33,568 bases of DNA from a virus, in IMG/VR virus record IMGVR_UViG_3300045988_145346, one strand, 5' to 3'. The position numbers and the translations under genes are program-made. Of this stretch, positions 1 to 8,271 are shown in pieces. Below the pieces are notes generated by a model, which searched no databases, was not told the origin of the DNA, and was given only the letters and a program-made list of their open reading frames with translations. Each line of letters starts with the position of its first letter. The first letter of the stretch is position 1.

Positions 1-625
1 CGTCTTTAAGATATTGAACAATTCTCATATATCTTTTCCGACTAAAAACATTACTATTTTTATACCAAACAAAAAAGTCATGATTCCTTTTACTAGAATT
101 ACAACTTCTACAAGCCGGAACTACATTTCCATAAGAATATGCGCCACCATCAATTAATGGGACGACATGTTCATGATGTAAATGCTCGCCATAAATTTTT
201 AGAGACTTTTTTTCAGGCATACCACAGTAAGCACAGCTGCAACAAAAAAATGACTTAATTTCAAGCCATTCTTTTTCTGTCAAGGTACTTTCAGAGCCGT
301 ATTTCAAAGTTCTAGACTTTGCACAAGTCATTCGTCGTCTTGTAGGATTATTTTTACACCAATCTTTTTCTGACTGACGACACTTACCTTTATTTTCGTT
401 GTAATAACCTAATTGCCGTTCTTTGATTTTATCTGCATTTTTTTCATAATATCTCTTTTTCTGCTCTAAAATCTTTTCTTTTTTCGTCTCATATCTTGCT
501 TTATCTTTAGCTTTTCGGCAGACTTTACATCGCCCTTCAAATCCACCTTTTCTCTTAAAATTTTTAGGAAAATTATGTTCATCTAGCTCTTTTTCTTGCT
601 TACAGATGCTACAAATTCTTTTCAT
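1..625 (-). CDS. Cysteine-rich HNH endonuclease (216 aa). The 5' part is here and the gene wraps across the window end to a TGA stop at 33424..33426.
   Basis: Own translation of the minus strand from the ATG at 623..625: MKRICSICKQEKELDEHNFPK...HLHHEHVVPLIDGGAYSYGNVVPACRSCNSSKRNHDF. The HNH motif and several CxxC pairs are present. The ORF is open through position 1 and continues in frame at 33449. Confidence 0.7.
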   Translation of the reverse strand, partial: MKRICSICKQEKELDEHNFPKNFKRKGGFEGRCKVCRKAKDKARYETKKEKILEQKKRYYEKNADKIKERQLGYYNENKGKCRQSEKDWCKNNPTRRRMTCAKSRTLKYGSESTLTEKEWLEIKSFFCCSCAYCGMPEKKSLKIYGEHLHHEHVVPLIDGGAYSYGNVVPACRSCNSSKRNHDFFVWYKNSNVFSRKRYMRIVQYLKD

Positions 626-698
626 TATTATCTCCTTTTTCTCGCTCAAGAAAAAATATGTACAGTGACGGCGTGAAGTACGGAGTAACCCAGAGGGA

Positions 699-713
699 GG
701 GGGATATGCCCCC
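699..713. other. Perfect GC hairpin GGGGGATATGCCCCC in the 143-nt gap between the two HNH genes.
   Basis: Seen directly in sequence. No U-run follows it on either strand. Confidence 0.4.
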
Positions 714-769
714 ATAGTTTCTCTCCTAAGCTCATTAAATTATTTTTAATAATATCTATCATAAATAAA

Positions 770-1102
770 TTAAGATACATAAGAAGCCCAATCACGGCTC
801 TGTGGTAAGTTACGATTACCTAATACCTTTGGTTCTTCTTGCTTCACATTGAATAGCTTGTCAGACTTCTGGCGGTTGCAGGTCCAGTGAGCAAGCTGTA
901 AGTTATCCATCGCTGAAGGATGACCACCTTTATTAATTGGAATGATGTGGTCAACAACTGGACTCAATGGATCAGGAGCTTTCAATCTCTTATCGATTGG
1001 CTTGCCACATATTCCACAAGTGTTCTGTGTCTTTAAAAGAATCTTTCTATTCTTATCAAAGGCTACACGATGCGCACCAGTACGGTCAGCACGTAATACC
1101 AT
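770..1102 (-). CDS. HNH endonuclease (110 aa), packaging-associated type.
   Basis: CGICGKPI...DHIIPINKGGHP...DNLQLAHWTCNRQKSD is a classic phage HNH motif. Confidence 0.8.
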   Translation of the reverse strand: MVLRADRTGAHRVAFDKNRKILLKTQNTCGICGKPIDKRLKAPDPLSPVVDHIIPINKGGHPSAMDNLQLAHWTCNRQKSDKLFNVKQEEPKVLGNRNLPQSRDWASYVS

Positions 1103-1227
1103 GGGAGGTCACCTCACTTTCTCCACACGAAAAGCCAACAGAATCTATCCGCTGGCTTTATTTGTTTTATTTGATGATACTATAATACAACATTTATCTT
1201 GTCAGTTTTCGCCCAAAAGGTGACAAA
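1103..1227 (-). promoter_or_regulatory. Putative late promoter and leader region downstream of the ArpU gene.
   Basis: Minus-strand reading shows CTGACA, then about 15-17 nt, then TATAGT/TATTAT-like hexamers. A hairpin AGCCAGCGGATAGATTCTGTTGGCT lies in the leader. Confidence 0.3.
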
Positions 1228-1659
1228 TTACCAGAAGCCGTCACATATCTCATCATACTTCTCAAGTATTGCTCTTCTCTTTCTAAAGTATTGGCGCTCA
1301 GTTATGTGACACTTATCAGCTATCTCTGGTACTGTATAACGTTTACCAGATAACCAACGGTAGTGGAATACCAATTGCATATCTTCATCCTCTCCAAACC
1401 AATCTTGTAACTCATTGATTCGATTCTTAAACTCATATAGGCTTTGGAGTTTACTGTCAGCATCCCATTTCATAACCATATCTTCTACTGGCTTTGAGAT
1501 TATACTTGACCTACCACCACCTACATTATTATCATGTGATTGTTTAACTTCTAACTCATACTTGCGATACTGAATAGCGTGGTCAATTCGTTGACACATA
1601 AAGAGCTTCTTCTCTATAGCTTTCAAGTCGCTGTCAGTAAGGTTATATCTTCTACTCAT
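1228..1659 (-). CDS. ArpU-family late transcriptional activator (TP901-1 Alt-like).
   Basis: 143 aa. It sits immediately upstream of the HNH/packaging genes. The C-terminal region is typical of ArpU-family regulators. Confidence 0.6.
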   Translation of the reverse strand: MSRRYNLTDSDLKAIEKKLFMCQRIDHAIQYRKYELEVKQSHDNNVGGGRSSIISKPVEDMVMKWDADSKLQSLYEFKNRINELQDWFGEDEDMQLVFHYRWLSGKRYTVPEIADKCHITERQYFRKRRAILEKYDEICDGFW

Positions 1660-1712
1660 AGTGTCTTAACTCCTTATATTTATGATATAATAGTAGTTAA
1701 TAAATCTGTTTT

Positions 1713-1745
1713 TAAAGCCCATTGCAGTGGGCTTTTTTTGCGTTC
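1713..1745 (+). terminator. Rho-independent terminator oriented on the plus strand.
   Basis: AGCCCATTGCAGTGGGCT hairpin followed by TTTTTTT on the plus strand. Only TT follows on the minus strand. Confidence 0.5.
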
Positions 1746-1831
1746 AATAAGTCTTTTTTATCTTCTCCTATTTAAAATAATGCAAATATTTATGGTGATT
1801 GATAGTAACGAAATTATGAACGATATCAGAA

Positions 1832-2023
1832 TCACTCCACAACCTCCTTGATATAGGCAACTTTGAAAGCTGCGTTGTCAGCAGTGTACCAACCTGCATT
1901 ACTTTCTATGTCTTGAATTAAATATGCTAAACTATTAGCTTCAATAATACTCATTACACACTTAGGTTTTCTATATTCGCTAACGAATTCTGCGCTATAT
2001 AATTCAAATTTTTTCATCTCCAC
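1832..2023 (-). CDS. Hypothetical protein (63 aa).
   Basis: ORF in an operon context, with a GGTGGAG ribosome-binding site. Confidence 0.4.
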   Translation of the reverse strand: MEMKKFELYSAEFVSEYRKPKCVMSIIEANSLAYLIQDIESNAGWYTADNAAFKVAYIKEVVE

Positions 2024-2128
2024 CTCAATCCATATGTTTATCAGCTTCTGTCATTTTTTTGTTCTCCTTTAAATTCGCTACCCAGTCACACAGTTTTATG
2101 ACCAGCGATATTAGTTTGTCGGTCATTC

Positions 2129-2548
2129 TCAAACCTCCCCAGTGCTACCAAAACCGCCTGTACGCTTTCCATTTGCGTTGTCATCGTCTGTTGTAAGGTA
2201 TTTGACAAATACCCCTTGCATTATTCTTTGACCTTTAGAAATGGTTACAGGCTCTTTTGAGATATTCATAAATAAGCCTTTAAATTCTTGCGGATAGTAA
2301 TCTGAATCTATAATTCCTACTGAATTAATCAATGCAATGCCACGCTTAACTGGATTACTTGAACGGTCGTATAATTTCAATACTTCATCATCACCAAGTT
2401 GAACAGCTAGCCCAGTGCTTACCATTTTAATTTCATCAGGTTGAATCGTAACTGTTTCACTTGCTGAAATGTCATATCCTGCGCTATGTTCTGTCGCTCG
2501 TTCTGGAATAGTCGCATTTCCGTCTAGTTTTTTAAATCCTCTTTTCAT
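2129..2548 (-). CDS. dut: dUTP diphosphatase (dUTPase).
   Basis: AGYDISASE...GIIDSDYYP...RGGFGSTG motifs. Confidence 0.85.
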   Translation of the reverse strand: MKRGFKKLDGNATIPERATEHSAGYDISASETVTIQPDEIKMVSTGLAVQLGDDEVLKLYDRSSNPVKRGIALINSVGIIDSDYYPQEFKGLFMNISKEPVTISKGQRIMQGVFVKYLTTDDDNANGKRTGGFGSTGEV

Positions 2549-3117
2549 TCTCCGTCCTCCACAGGAATCTGTTCATAGCTCCCAGTTTGCATGCTGTCGA
2601 TTTCTTGCTGGGTGAATTTACAATCAATAGTAGATGGTTTTTCCCCTTTTTCAACTCTCAAATGATTTAGTGGACCATCAGAATGTTTAATTGTAAACCA
2701 ATCGTCGTGTTTATCTGTTTTACAAAAATCAATGTGCTTCAAATAGAACAGCTGCGGTTTTTCGACCCTGAAACCAATGAGCAGAGCAGTTAACCACGTT
2801 TTTTGATGATTATCAATCCAATCTAATTCCTTTTGATGTACAGGATAGCTTGCTGTATAGTTAATATGCTTTCCATCTTCAGGGGTACCAAAGGTATTGA
2901 TTAACTTACCAATGAACTCAGGCACGACTGGCAGGGCTTGCTGTGGTTTTGCGTTACTTAGTTTACTTTCAAGATAATTGATATATTCATCTCGTTCTTG
3001 AATACACTTGTGAGCTTCCCTATTTTTGTTAGTATAAAACTCTACGGCATTGCTTGGTAAAGGCTTGATACTATCTTGAGTGATATTGCTAATCGGTCTT
3101 TTCATTTCTTTAGTCAT
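2545..3117 (-). CDS. DUF1642-like phage protein (190 aa).
   Basis: Length and position (before dUTPase, after YopX) fit the lactococcal DUF1642 family. Confidence 0.45.
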   Translation of the reverse strand: MTKEMKRPISNITQDSIKPLPSNAVEFYTNKNREAHKCIQERDEYINYLESKLSNAKPQQALPVVPEFIGKLINTFGTPEDGKHINYTASYPVHQKELDWIDNHQKTWLTALLIGFRVEKPQLFYLKHIDFCKTDKHDDWFTIKHSDGPLNHLRVEKGEKPSTIDCKFTQQEIDSMQTGSYEQIPVEDGE

Positions 3118-3505
3118 TTTTCGTGTCCTCTCTTAATAATTCAGGGTTCTCATAGATATTTCCGATGACTTCATAATTCAATTTATTTGTACTCGCCCAG
3201 TATTTTTGCCGATATAACCTATTTCCTTCAAAAATAATTGAATAACCATATTTTGGATAATATTCAAGATAACCGATTTTGTCATTAGGAGATAAGAATA
3301 TAGCATGCAGTTTTAAAATGTCACCTTCATAAATTTCAACGCCATTTTTATCTTTTATTCCTGTTGACTGCATAAATTCAACGTCTTCATCAGCTTCAGT
3401 ACGTAAATGGTCAAAACGATAATTAATTCTATCTTCGTAATATTCAACCTCTCCATAACTCATACGCTCATCTTGTTTATCCCAAGCTCTTAATTTTGGT
3501 ATCAT
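3110..3505 (-). CDS. YopX-family protein.
   Basis: C-terminal VIGNIYENPELL, typical of YopX. Confidence 0.7.
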   Translation of the reverse strand: MIPKLRAWDKQDERMSYGEVEYYEDRINYRFDHLRTEADEDVEFMQSTGIKDKNGVEIYEGDILKLHAIFLSPNDKIGYLEYYPKYGYSIIFEGNRLYRQKYWASTNKLNYEVIGNIYENPELLREDTKND

Positions 3506-4071
3506 AATCCTAATTCTTCTTTGCGTGCTGCTTCGATTGCCATTTGCGCTCTGATATTTCTTCGCAACCTACGTTCTTCTTTTGTTTCGTGTTTTCTTCG
3601 CTCTTTTTCTTTTGTTCCAATAAGTTCTTCTTCTTGTGGGACTGAAAGCAATGGAAATCTTTTTCTAGTTTCTGCTTCGTTTAAAATCGCATGTTTTCTT
3701 GTTTTTCTGTAATAAAAAGCGTGCTTACCAACTTGGATATATGAATATACGTTACTTTTGCTAATATTTAAAAATTGAGAAATTTCTCGAGCAGTTCCTG
3801 TCATTATGAATTCCCCTTTGTCATAATAATCATAAACAGAAGCGGGAAGTTTGCGCTCTTCTTTTTTCTTTTGTTCCATAAGCTCTTTAGTTTTTTCTTT
3901 ATTTAAAATAGCGTTCTTATATTTAGGGTTAGCTTTTTTAGGGTCTTTCCCATTCTTTATCCATAATGAGATAGAGCTGCGGGAAATATCAAAGTAATCG
4001 GCTATCTCGTCAATTGTTCCGGTTGCTTTTTTTTCGCCTTCAATATAAGCATCAAAGACTTTAACTACCAT
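3502..4071 (-). CDS. DNA-binding protein with two predicted helix-turn-helix motifs and a basic C-terminus.
   Basis: GTIDEIADYFDISRSSISLWIKNG and GTAREISQFLNISKSNVYSYIQVG, followed by a Lys/Arg-rich tail. Confidence 0.45.
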   Translation of the reverse strand: MVVKVFDAYIEGEKKATGTIDEIADYFDISRSSISLWIKNGKDPKKANPKYKNAILNKEKTKELMEQKKKEERKLPASVYDYYDKGEFIMTGTAREISQFLNISKSNVYSYIQVGKHAFYYRKTRKHAILNEAETRKRFPLLSVPQEEELIGTKEKERRKHETKEERRLRRNIRAQMAIEAARKEELGL

Positions 4072-4240
4072 TTTTTTCTCCTAATTTTTTAATTCTTTCG
4101 TGAAACTCAGCTTGCATTTCCTGATTGAATTTATTCTGGCTGTCTAATTCAAGTTCTTTTTTGGTTTGCTCACTCGATATATTTTGACTAGCAAGTTTAC
4201 TGATTCGCCTAGCTTCATTTCTTGTGTCGTAATATCCCAT
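4061..4240 (-). CDS. Small hypothetical protein (59 aa), too short to appear in the ORF track.
   Basis: A GAGG ribosome-binding site lies 8 nt before the ATG. The stop overlaps the start of the next gene in an ATGGTAGTTAA arrangement. Confidence 0.4.
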   Translation of the reverse strand: MGYYDTRNEARRISKLASQNISSEQTKKELELDSQNKFNQEMQAEFHERIKKLGEKNGS

Positions 4241-4351
4241 ATTTAAAACCTCATATTTTAGCTTCTAAGCGCTTTTAGCTTGTTCGTGATAAATTATCCA
4301 TGAAATGGTTTAAGCGCTCAATGTAATCGTAATTTTAATGAATTAGAGCTA

Positions 4352-4603
4352 TTACAGTTCTATTTGTTTATCTTTGGTCAATTCTTCAAGTATTTTGTAT
4401 AAATCTTTCCATTTCATTTGCTTTGAATGGTTGTATTTATTGCAAATATCCAAATAAAGCTGAGAAAGTTCGTGATTGTGCTTAGTTTGACCGCTGATTT
4501 TCACATACAATTCTTTGTGGTTAACGTTGAAATTATTATTTCTTGCCAATCCATACAGCTTTTTCAAAGTGACAAAATTTGTTTTAATCATCTGTAATTT
4601 CAA
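4352..4603 (-). CDS. Hypothetical protein (83 aa); the true start may be an internal ATG.
   Basis: ORF in the operon. The first codon is TTG. Confidence 0.4.
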   Translation of the reverse strand: MKLQMIKTNFVTLKKLYGLARNNNFNVNHKELYVKISGQTKHNHELSQLYLDICNKYNHSKQMKWKDLYKILEELTKDKQIEL

Positions 4604-4755
4604 TTTCTATTCTGTGTGTAATATGTATTTCGTAGTCTTCCATTACCATAACTTATACCTCAAAAATAATAGGGCTGTCGGTGCTATACCTCCTAGAGGG
4701 CTTCATTACTCTACCGACTGTATTAAGTTCCTTGCTGCAACACCCTAATGATTAT

Positions 4756-5067
4756 TTATCCGTTAATAATTTTCATCGCATCTTCAACGCTCCGAGCAAT
4801 TCCTGCAAGTGCGCCGTTTTTACGCATTGTTTCTAAAAAATAGATTTGATCAGGTCTTACTCGACCTGTTTCACTTTTTACTTCAATATAAAATACTTGA
4901 CCGTCTGGGCGAAAGCCGTACAAATCCGCATGGCCTTTTGGCAATCCTGTATCAAACCAACGGCCGTCAATCGTTTGTACTTTCCCAACATTACTGCGAA
5001 ATATTTTATTTCCAGCTTGCGATACTGCAAGCATTATTTCTGACTGGATTGTATGTTCTGACTTCAT
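4756..5067 (-). CDS. VRR-NUC domain nuclease.
   Basis: GHADLYGFRPDGQVFYIEVKSETGRVRPDQ is a PD-(D/E)xK VRR-NUC signature. Confidence 0.7.
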   Translation of the reverse strand: MKSEHTIQSEIMLAVSQAGNKIFRSNVGKVQTIDGRWFDTGLPKGHADLYGFRPDGQVFYIEVKSETGRVRPDQIYFLETMRKNGALAGIARSVEDAMKIING

Positions 5068-5326
5068 AAGTTAAGTTATGGAACAGTTGGAACAGTTTCG
5101 ATTCAGTCATACCAACATTTGAACCATTGTTCCATTTGTTCCATTAATTTCACACTCCTTTTTTATTTATATATTTATCTTTTTATTTACTATTTCTTAT
5201 TTATTAATGGAACAATGGAACAAAAAGATAATAAGTATAGATATATCAAGGTTTTTGAGTTGTTCCATGACTTATTAAATAATGGAACAACTATGGAACA
5301 GTTGGAACAGTTTCCCAACACCATAT
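5061..5326. repeat. Origin-of-replication module A. About 10 direct and inverted copies of the iteron ATGGAACAG surround an AT-rich spacer.
   Basis: Iterons at 5078-5095, 5129-5145, 5208-5222, 5261-5268 and 5282-5310. The module is bounded by ACTTCATAAGTTAAGT. Confidence 0.7.
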
Positions 5327-5580
5327 AACTTCATAAGTTAAGTACGGTAACTACGGTAACAGTTTGAACCCTTATGTTTAAACGGTTGTTACCTTGTTAC
5401 TGTTGTTACCGCCATTTCATACTCCTTTTTATTTATATATTTATTCTTTTTATTTACTATTTCTTATATTTAATAGAAACAAGAGTAACAAGTAATAAGA
5501 ATATAGATAAATAAAGGGTTTGTTAGTGTTACCGTTCTTTTTTAGCACGGTAACAAACGGTAACTACGGTAACAGTTTTA
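5327..5580. repeat. Origin-of-replication module B. It is homologous to module A but carries the iteron ACGGTAACAG (GTTACCGT inverted).
   Basis: It has the same boundary sequence and the same AT-rich spacer. Iterons lie at 5344-5363, 5381-5410, 5527-5534 and 5548-5576. The last copies overlap the 3' end of the primase gene. Confidence 0.7.
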
Positions 5581-7018
5581 CAAAACATTTAGATGTTTTT
5601 TCTTTATCTTCGTTATCCCAACGGAAACCAATATAATAATTAGGAATATCTTCACTTGGCGTAAAATCTTTTGGCCTTACCGTTTTTTTCTCCCATTCCT
5701 TAGATACATGTTTTGGCACTTCTAATTCAAACTGTCTTTTAGCTAAGGATGTATAACCCGAATCTCTACACCACTCTTGATAGAGCCACCATAAGAAACG
5801 AACGGGTAAGACACTTGATTTAAATTGAGGAAACCACTCATTGACAAATTCAATAATTGAGTTGTTCTTTTCTTTGAACTCCTGCATCATCACCTTTGTT
5901 GCTTGCGGTTCATCAAATCGCTCAAAGTTTAATTCAATTGCTTTTTTTAAAACGTATTGAAGGACTTCTTCACGGAAAATGTAATCATCTTTGATTGCCC
6001 AATTATCGTCCTTAGCTGAAAATGTTTTTCTAAAAGGGATAATTAAGAAACGTCGATAGGTTCCGTTTGTTTTATTTCTGACTTTAGGTAGCCCATTCGT
6101 AGATTGAATGACTGTCTTTTTATAAAATGAAACGTAAGGTTGTTTCCCTTTTTCTTCGACAAAAACAGGTTCACCAGTAACTACACTATTAAAGTTTGAA
6201 CTGTCATCAATGTATAGTCCGGCTTGAACATCGTCTCCGATAATAACAGTCTTACCTTCAATCATTGAAAGGGTGAACCGTTCAGAAAATTGATTGATTT
6301 TCAAACTCGCTACATTTTGCAATCCAACTAAATTACTAATTAATTGTTGTAATGTTCCCTTACCATCATTCCCTTCACCGACAAACCAGATAGATTTGCG
6401 ATAAGAATAATTACCATTTAAACTTGCTGAGATGACTTGCCATAATAATTTGACAAGCTCTTTATCTCCACTCATTAAATCAAGTAACCAGTCATCCACA
6501 TTCCAGCCATTGATATTAGGTGCTTCGATTTCTTCGATATATTCCGTTTCAATCGTTGAAGTGAAAACATATCGGTTAGAAAAGGGTTCTAATTTTTTTG
6601 TTTTTTTATTATAGATACCATTTTTTACAGGAACTAAATCACGGCTTGCTGTACTTTCAACTTCTTTCGCCATATTTTTAAGGTGAAAGATAACTTGATT
6701 TGATTTAGCTTCTGAGAAACTAGGTTCAAGCCAGAAAATCACATTATGAAAGAAATCTGCTCGTGTTTCATAAATTCCTTTATCAATGTTATAAACAGCC
6801 AAACGATCATTAATTTTTACAATTGTCATGTGTTCCTGCATCTTAGTTGCTACAACTAAAGGAGGAACACTTTTTACTTTGTCGTTTTCTTCGAGGTAAA
6901 ACTCTCTAAATCTTTTGAAATTATTTCTCAGGTCTCTGAGACTTGTAATTTCATTTGTTGGGAAGCTGACAATTTTCTTTGATTCATTATATTCAGCCTC
7001 CATCGCTTCGAATTCCAT
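5564..7018 (-). CDS. Primase C-terminal / D5-type (SF3) helicase, P4-family.
   Basis: 484 aa with Walker A VGEGNDGKGT. It lies adjacent to PrimPol, and the origin sits downstream as in Sfi21-type replication modules. Confidence 0.65.
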   Translation of the reverse strand: MEFEAMEAEYNESKKIVSFPTNEITSLRDLRNNFKRFREFYLEENDKVKSVPPLVVATKMQEHMTIVKINDRLAVYNIDKGIYETRADFFHNVIFWLEPSFSEAKSNQVIFHLKNMAKEVESTASRDLVPVKNGIYNKKTKKLEPFSNRYVFTSTIETEYIEEIEAPNINGWNVDDWLLDLMSGDKELVKLLWQVISASLNGNYSYRKSIWFVGEGNDGKGTLQQLISNLVGLQNVASLKINQFSERFTLSMIEGKTVIIGDDVQAGLYIDDSSNFNSVVTGEPVFVEEKGKQPYVSFYKKTVIQSTNGLPKVRNKTNGTYRRFLIIPFRKTFSAKDDNWAIKDDYIFREEVLQYVLKKAIELNFERFDEPQATKVMMQEFKEKNNSIIEFVNEWFPQFKSSVLPVRFLWWLYQEWCRDSGYTSLAKRQFELEVPKHVSKEWEKKTVRPKDFTPSEDIPNYYIGFRWDNEDKEKTSKCFVKLLP

Positions 7019-7799
7019 TTCTTCGCCTCATCTCCTTCTTAAACATACTTTCAAAAGTCCTTTCGAACTCTTTATCTTCTAATGGATCACTTGTGGAAAA
7101 ATTAGCTTGTTTAGCTAATTGATAAACCACATCAAAATCCACATTTCTTAAAAACAAACCACCTATAAATCGAGCTAAAGCGTCATTTCTGCCGCCACTA
7201 TCTCCCAAACCATGAACAATTGTTTCAAATAGTTGAGCAGTTTTGCTGCTTCCGCTAGTTGTAAATCCTGAAAAATCATAATGGGTATAGTTGTCACGAT
7301 TTTTCATAATCTCACGAATCAATTCTTTAGGTGCAGTAATAATTGGCAACTGGTTATCCCATTTATACTGACCTTTTCTGGTAACGCTAGGTGGAATCAC
7401 AACATAATTGTTTTCGTGGGCCTTGATGTCAACTCCTTTTAGAAATCCAATGCGTTGAGTCACGGCCATATCTTCACGTTTCAAGAAAAAGTATTGTTTC
7501 CCACCACTTGCCGTTGTTTGTGATAAGGTAGGTTTCCACCATTCTTCATCTAACAGTGGTTGAATAGATTCATAGCCATTTATATCGTTATGAACATCAA
7601 CGTCTACCACAACGAATTTATCGCACTTCATGGCTAAATTTGCTGTAGGGTTTTGTTTCCAAAAATCTTTGATTTCATCTTCTGTCAGTGGCTCACGATC
7701 TGCAAATTCTATCATTGGCTTTTTGTCACGAGAAACTGGAATAATTGATATTCCAAGTTTCTTGTAACGCAAGGCCGTCTCAAGCATTATATTTTCCAT
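6993..7799 (-). CDS. Bifunctional primase-polymerase (PrimPol) N-terminal domain protein.
   Basis: KLGISIIPV...KFVVVDVDVH, a Prim-Pol motif. Confidence 0.7.
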   Translation of the reverse strand: MENIMLETALRYKKLGISIIPVSRDKKPMIEFADREPLTEDEIKDFWKQNPTANLAMKCDKFVVVDVDVHNDINGYESIQPLLDEEWWKPTLSQTTASGGKQYFFLKREDMAVTQRIGFLKGVDIKAHENNYVVIPPSVTRKGQYKWDNQLPIITAPKELIREIMKNRDNYTHYDFSGFTTSGSSKTAQLFETIVHGLGDSGGRNDALARFIGGLFLRNVDFDVVYQLAKQANFSTSDPLEDKEFERTFESMFKKEMRRRNGIRSDGG

Positions 7800-7801
7800 A
7801 T

Positions 7802-8254
7802 TTAGAAAGGTAGAGCGTCGTCGCTGATTTCAGGAGCGCTTTGAGCCGCAAGCATACTGGTTTCCATTTTCTTCACATTCAAGTTTTCGTAAGTCTTACC
7901 ATTGGATTCGCTTGTTTCATTCTTAACTGTGACTTTCAAAGCTTTTCCTTCAAGCATGCCAAGATAGTCATCTAAGCTCTTGAATTTTGTGCCGTTTGGA
8001 ATTCCTGCTTGTTTCGCAAGATTCATAATAGAACCTTCTGGATATTTCCCAGTATCTTTTTTCTGCCAAATTTTATGGAAAATAACACTGTTTTTATGTG
8101 GTTGATCAAAATCAGTACGGATGCGAAGTGGAATATCAAGATAATCAGCTCCATTTGGAGTTGTTTTCTCCATGGAGTGCTCAATAGTTACTTCATAAAC
8201 ACCATCTACAATATTTCCGAATTCTAACGCTTTTTCATAATCGATTTCAAACAT
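7802..8254 (-). CDS. DUF669-like phage protein (150 aa).
   Basis: Position between the helicase and PrimPol, as in Sak4-type modules. Confidence 0.4.
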   Translation of the reverse strand: MFEIDYEKALEFGNIVDGVYEVTIEHSMEKTTPNGADYLDIPLRIRTDFDQPHKNSVIFHKIWQKKDTGKYPEGSIMNLAKQAGIPNGTKFKSLDDYLGMLEGKALKVTVKNETSESNGKTYENLNVKKMETSMLAAQSAPEISDDALPF

Positions 8255-8271
8255 TTTTTATTACCTTGTGG

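Noticed and set aside
942-1223. Plus-strand ORFs (93 and 72 aa) overlapping the 110-aa HNH gene
   Set aside because: Antisense to a confident HNH gene, with no ribosome-binding site.
5119-5328. 69-aa plus-strand ORF inside the origin iteron region
   Set aside because: It lies entirely within AT-rich repeats and iterons and has an implausible low-complexity composition. I treat it as origin DNA.
5061-5580. CRISPR array
   Set aside because: The repeats are 8-10 nt iterons in direct and inverted orientation with irregular spacing. They do not have the repeat-spacer periodicity of a CRISPR array.
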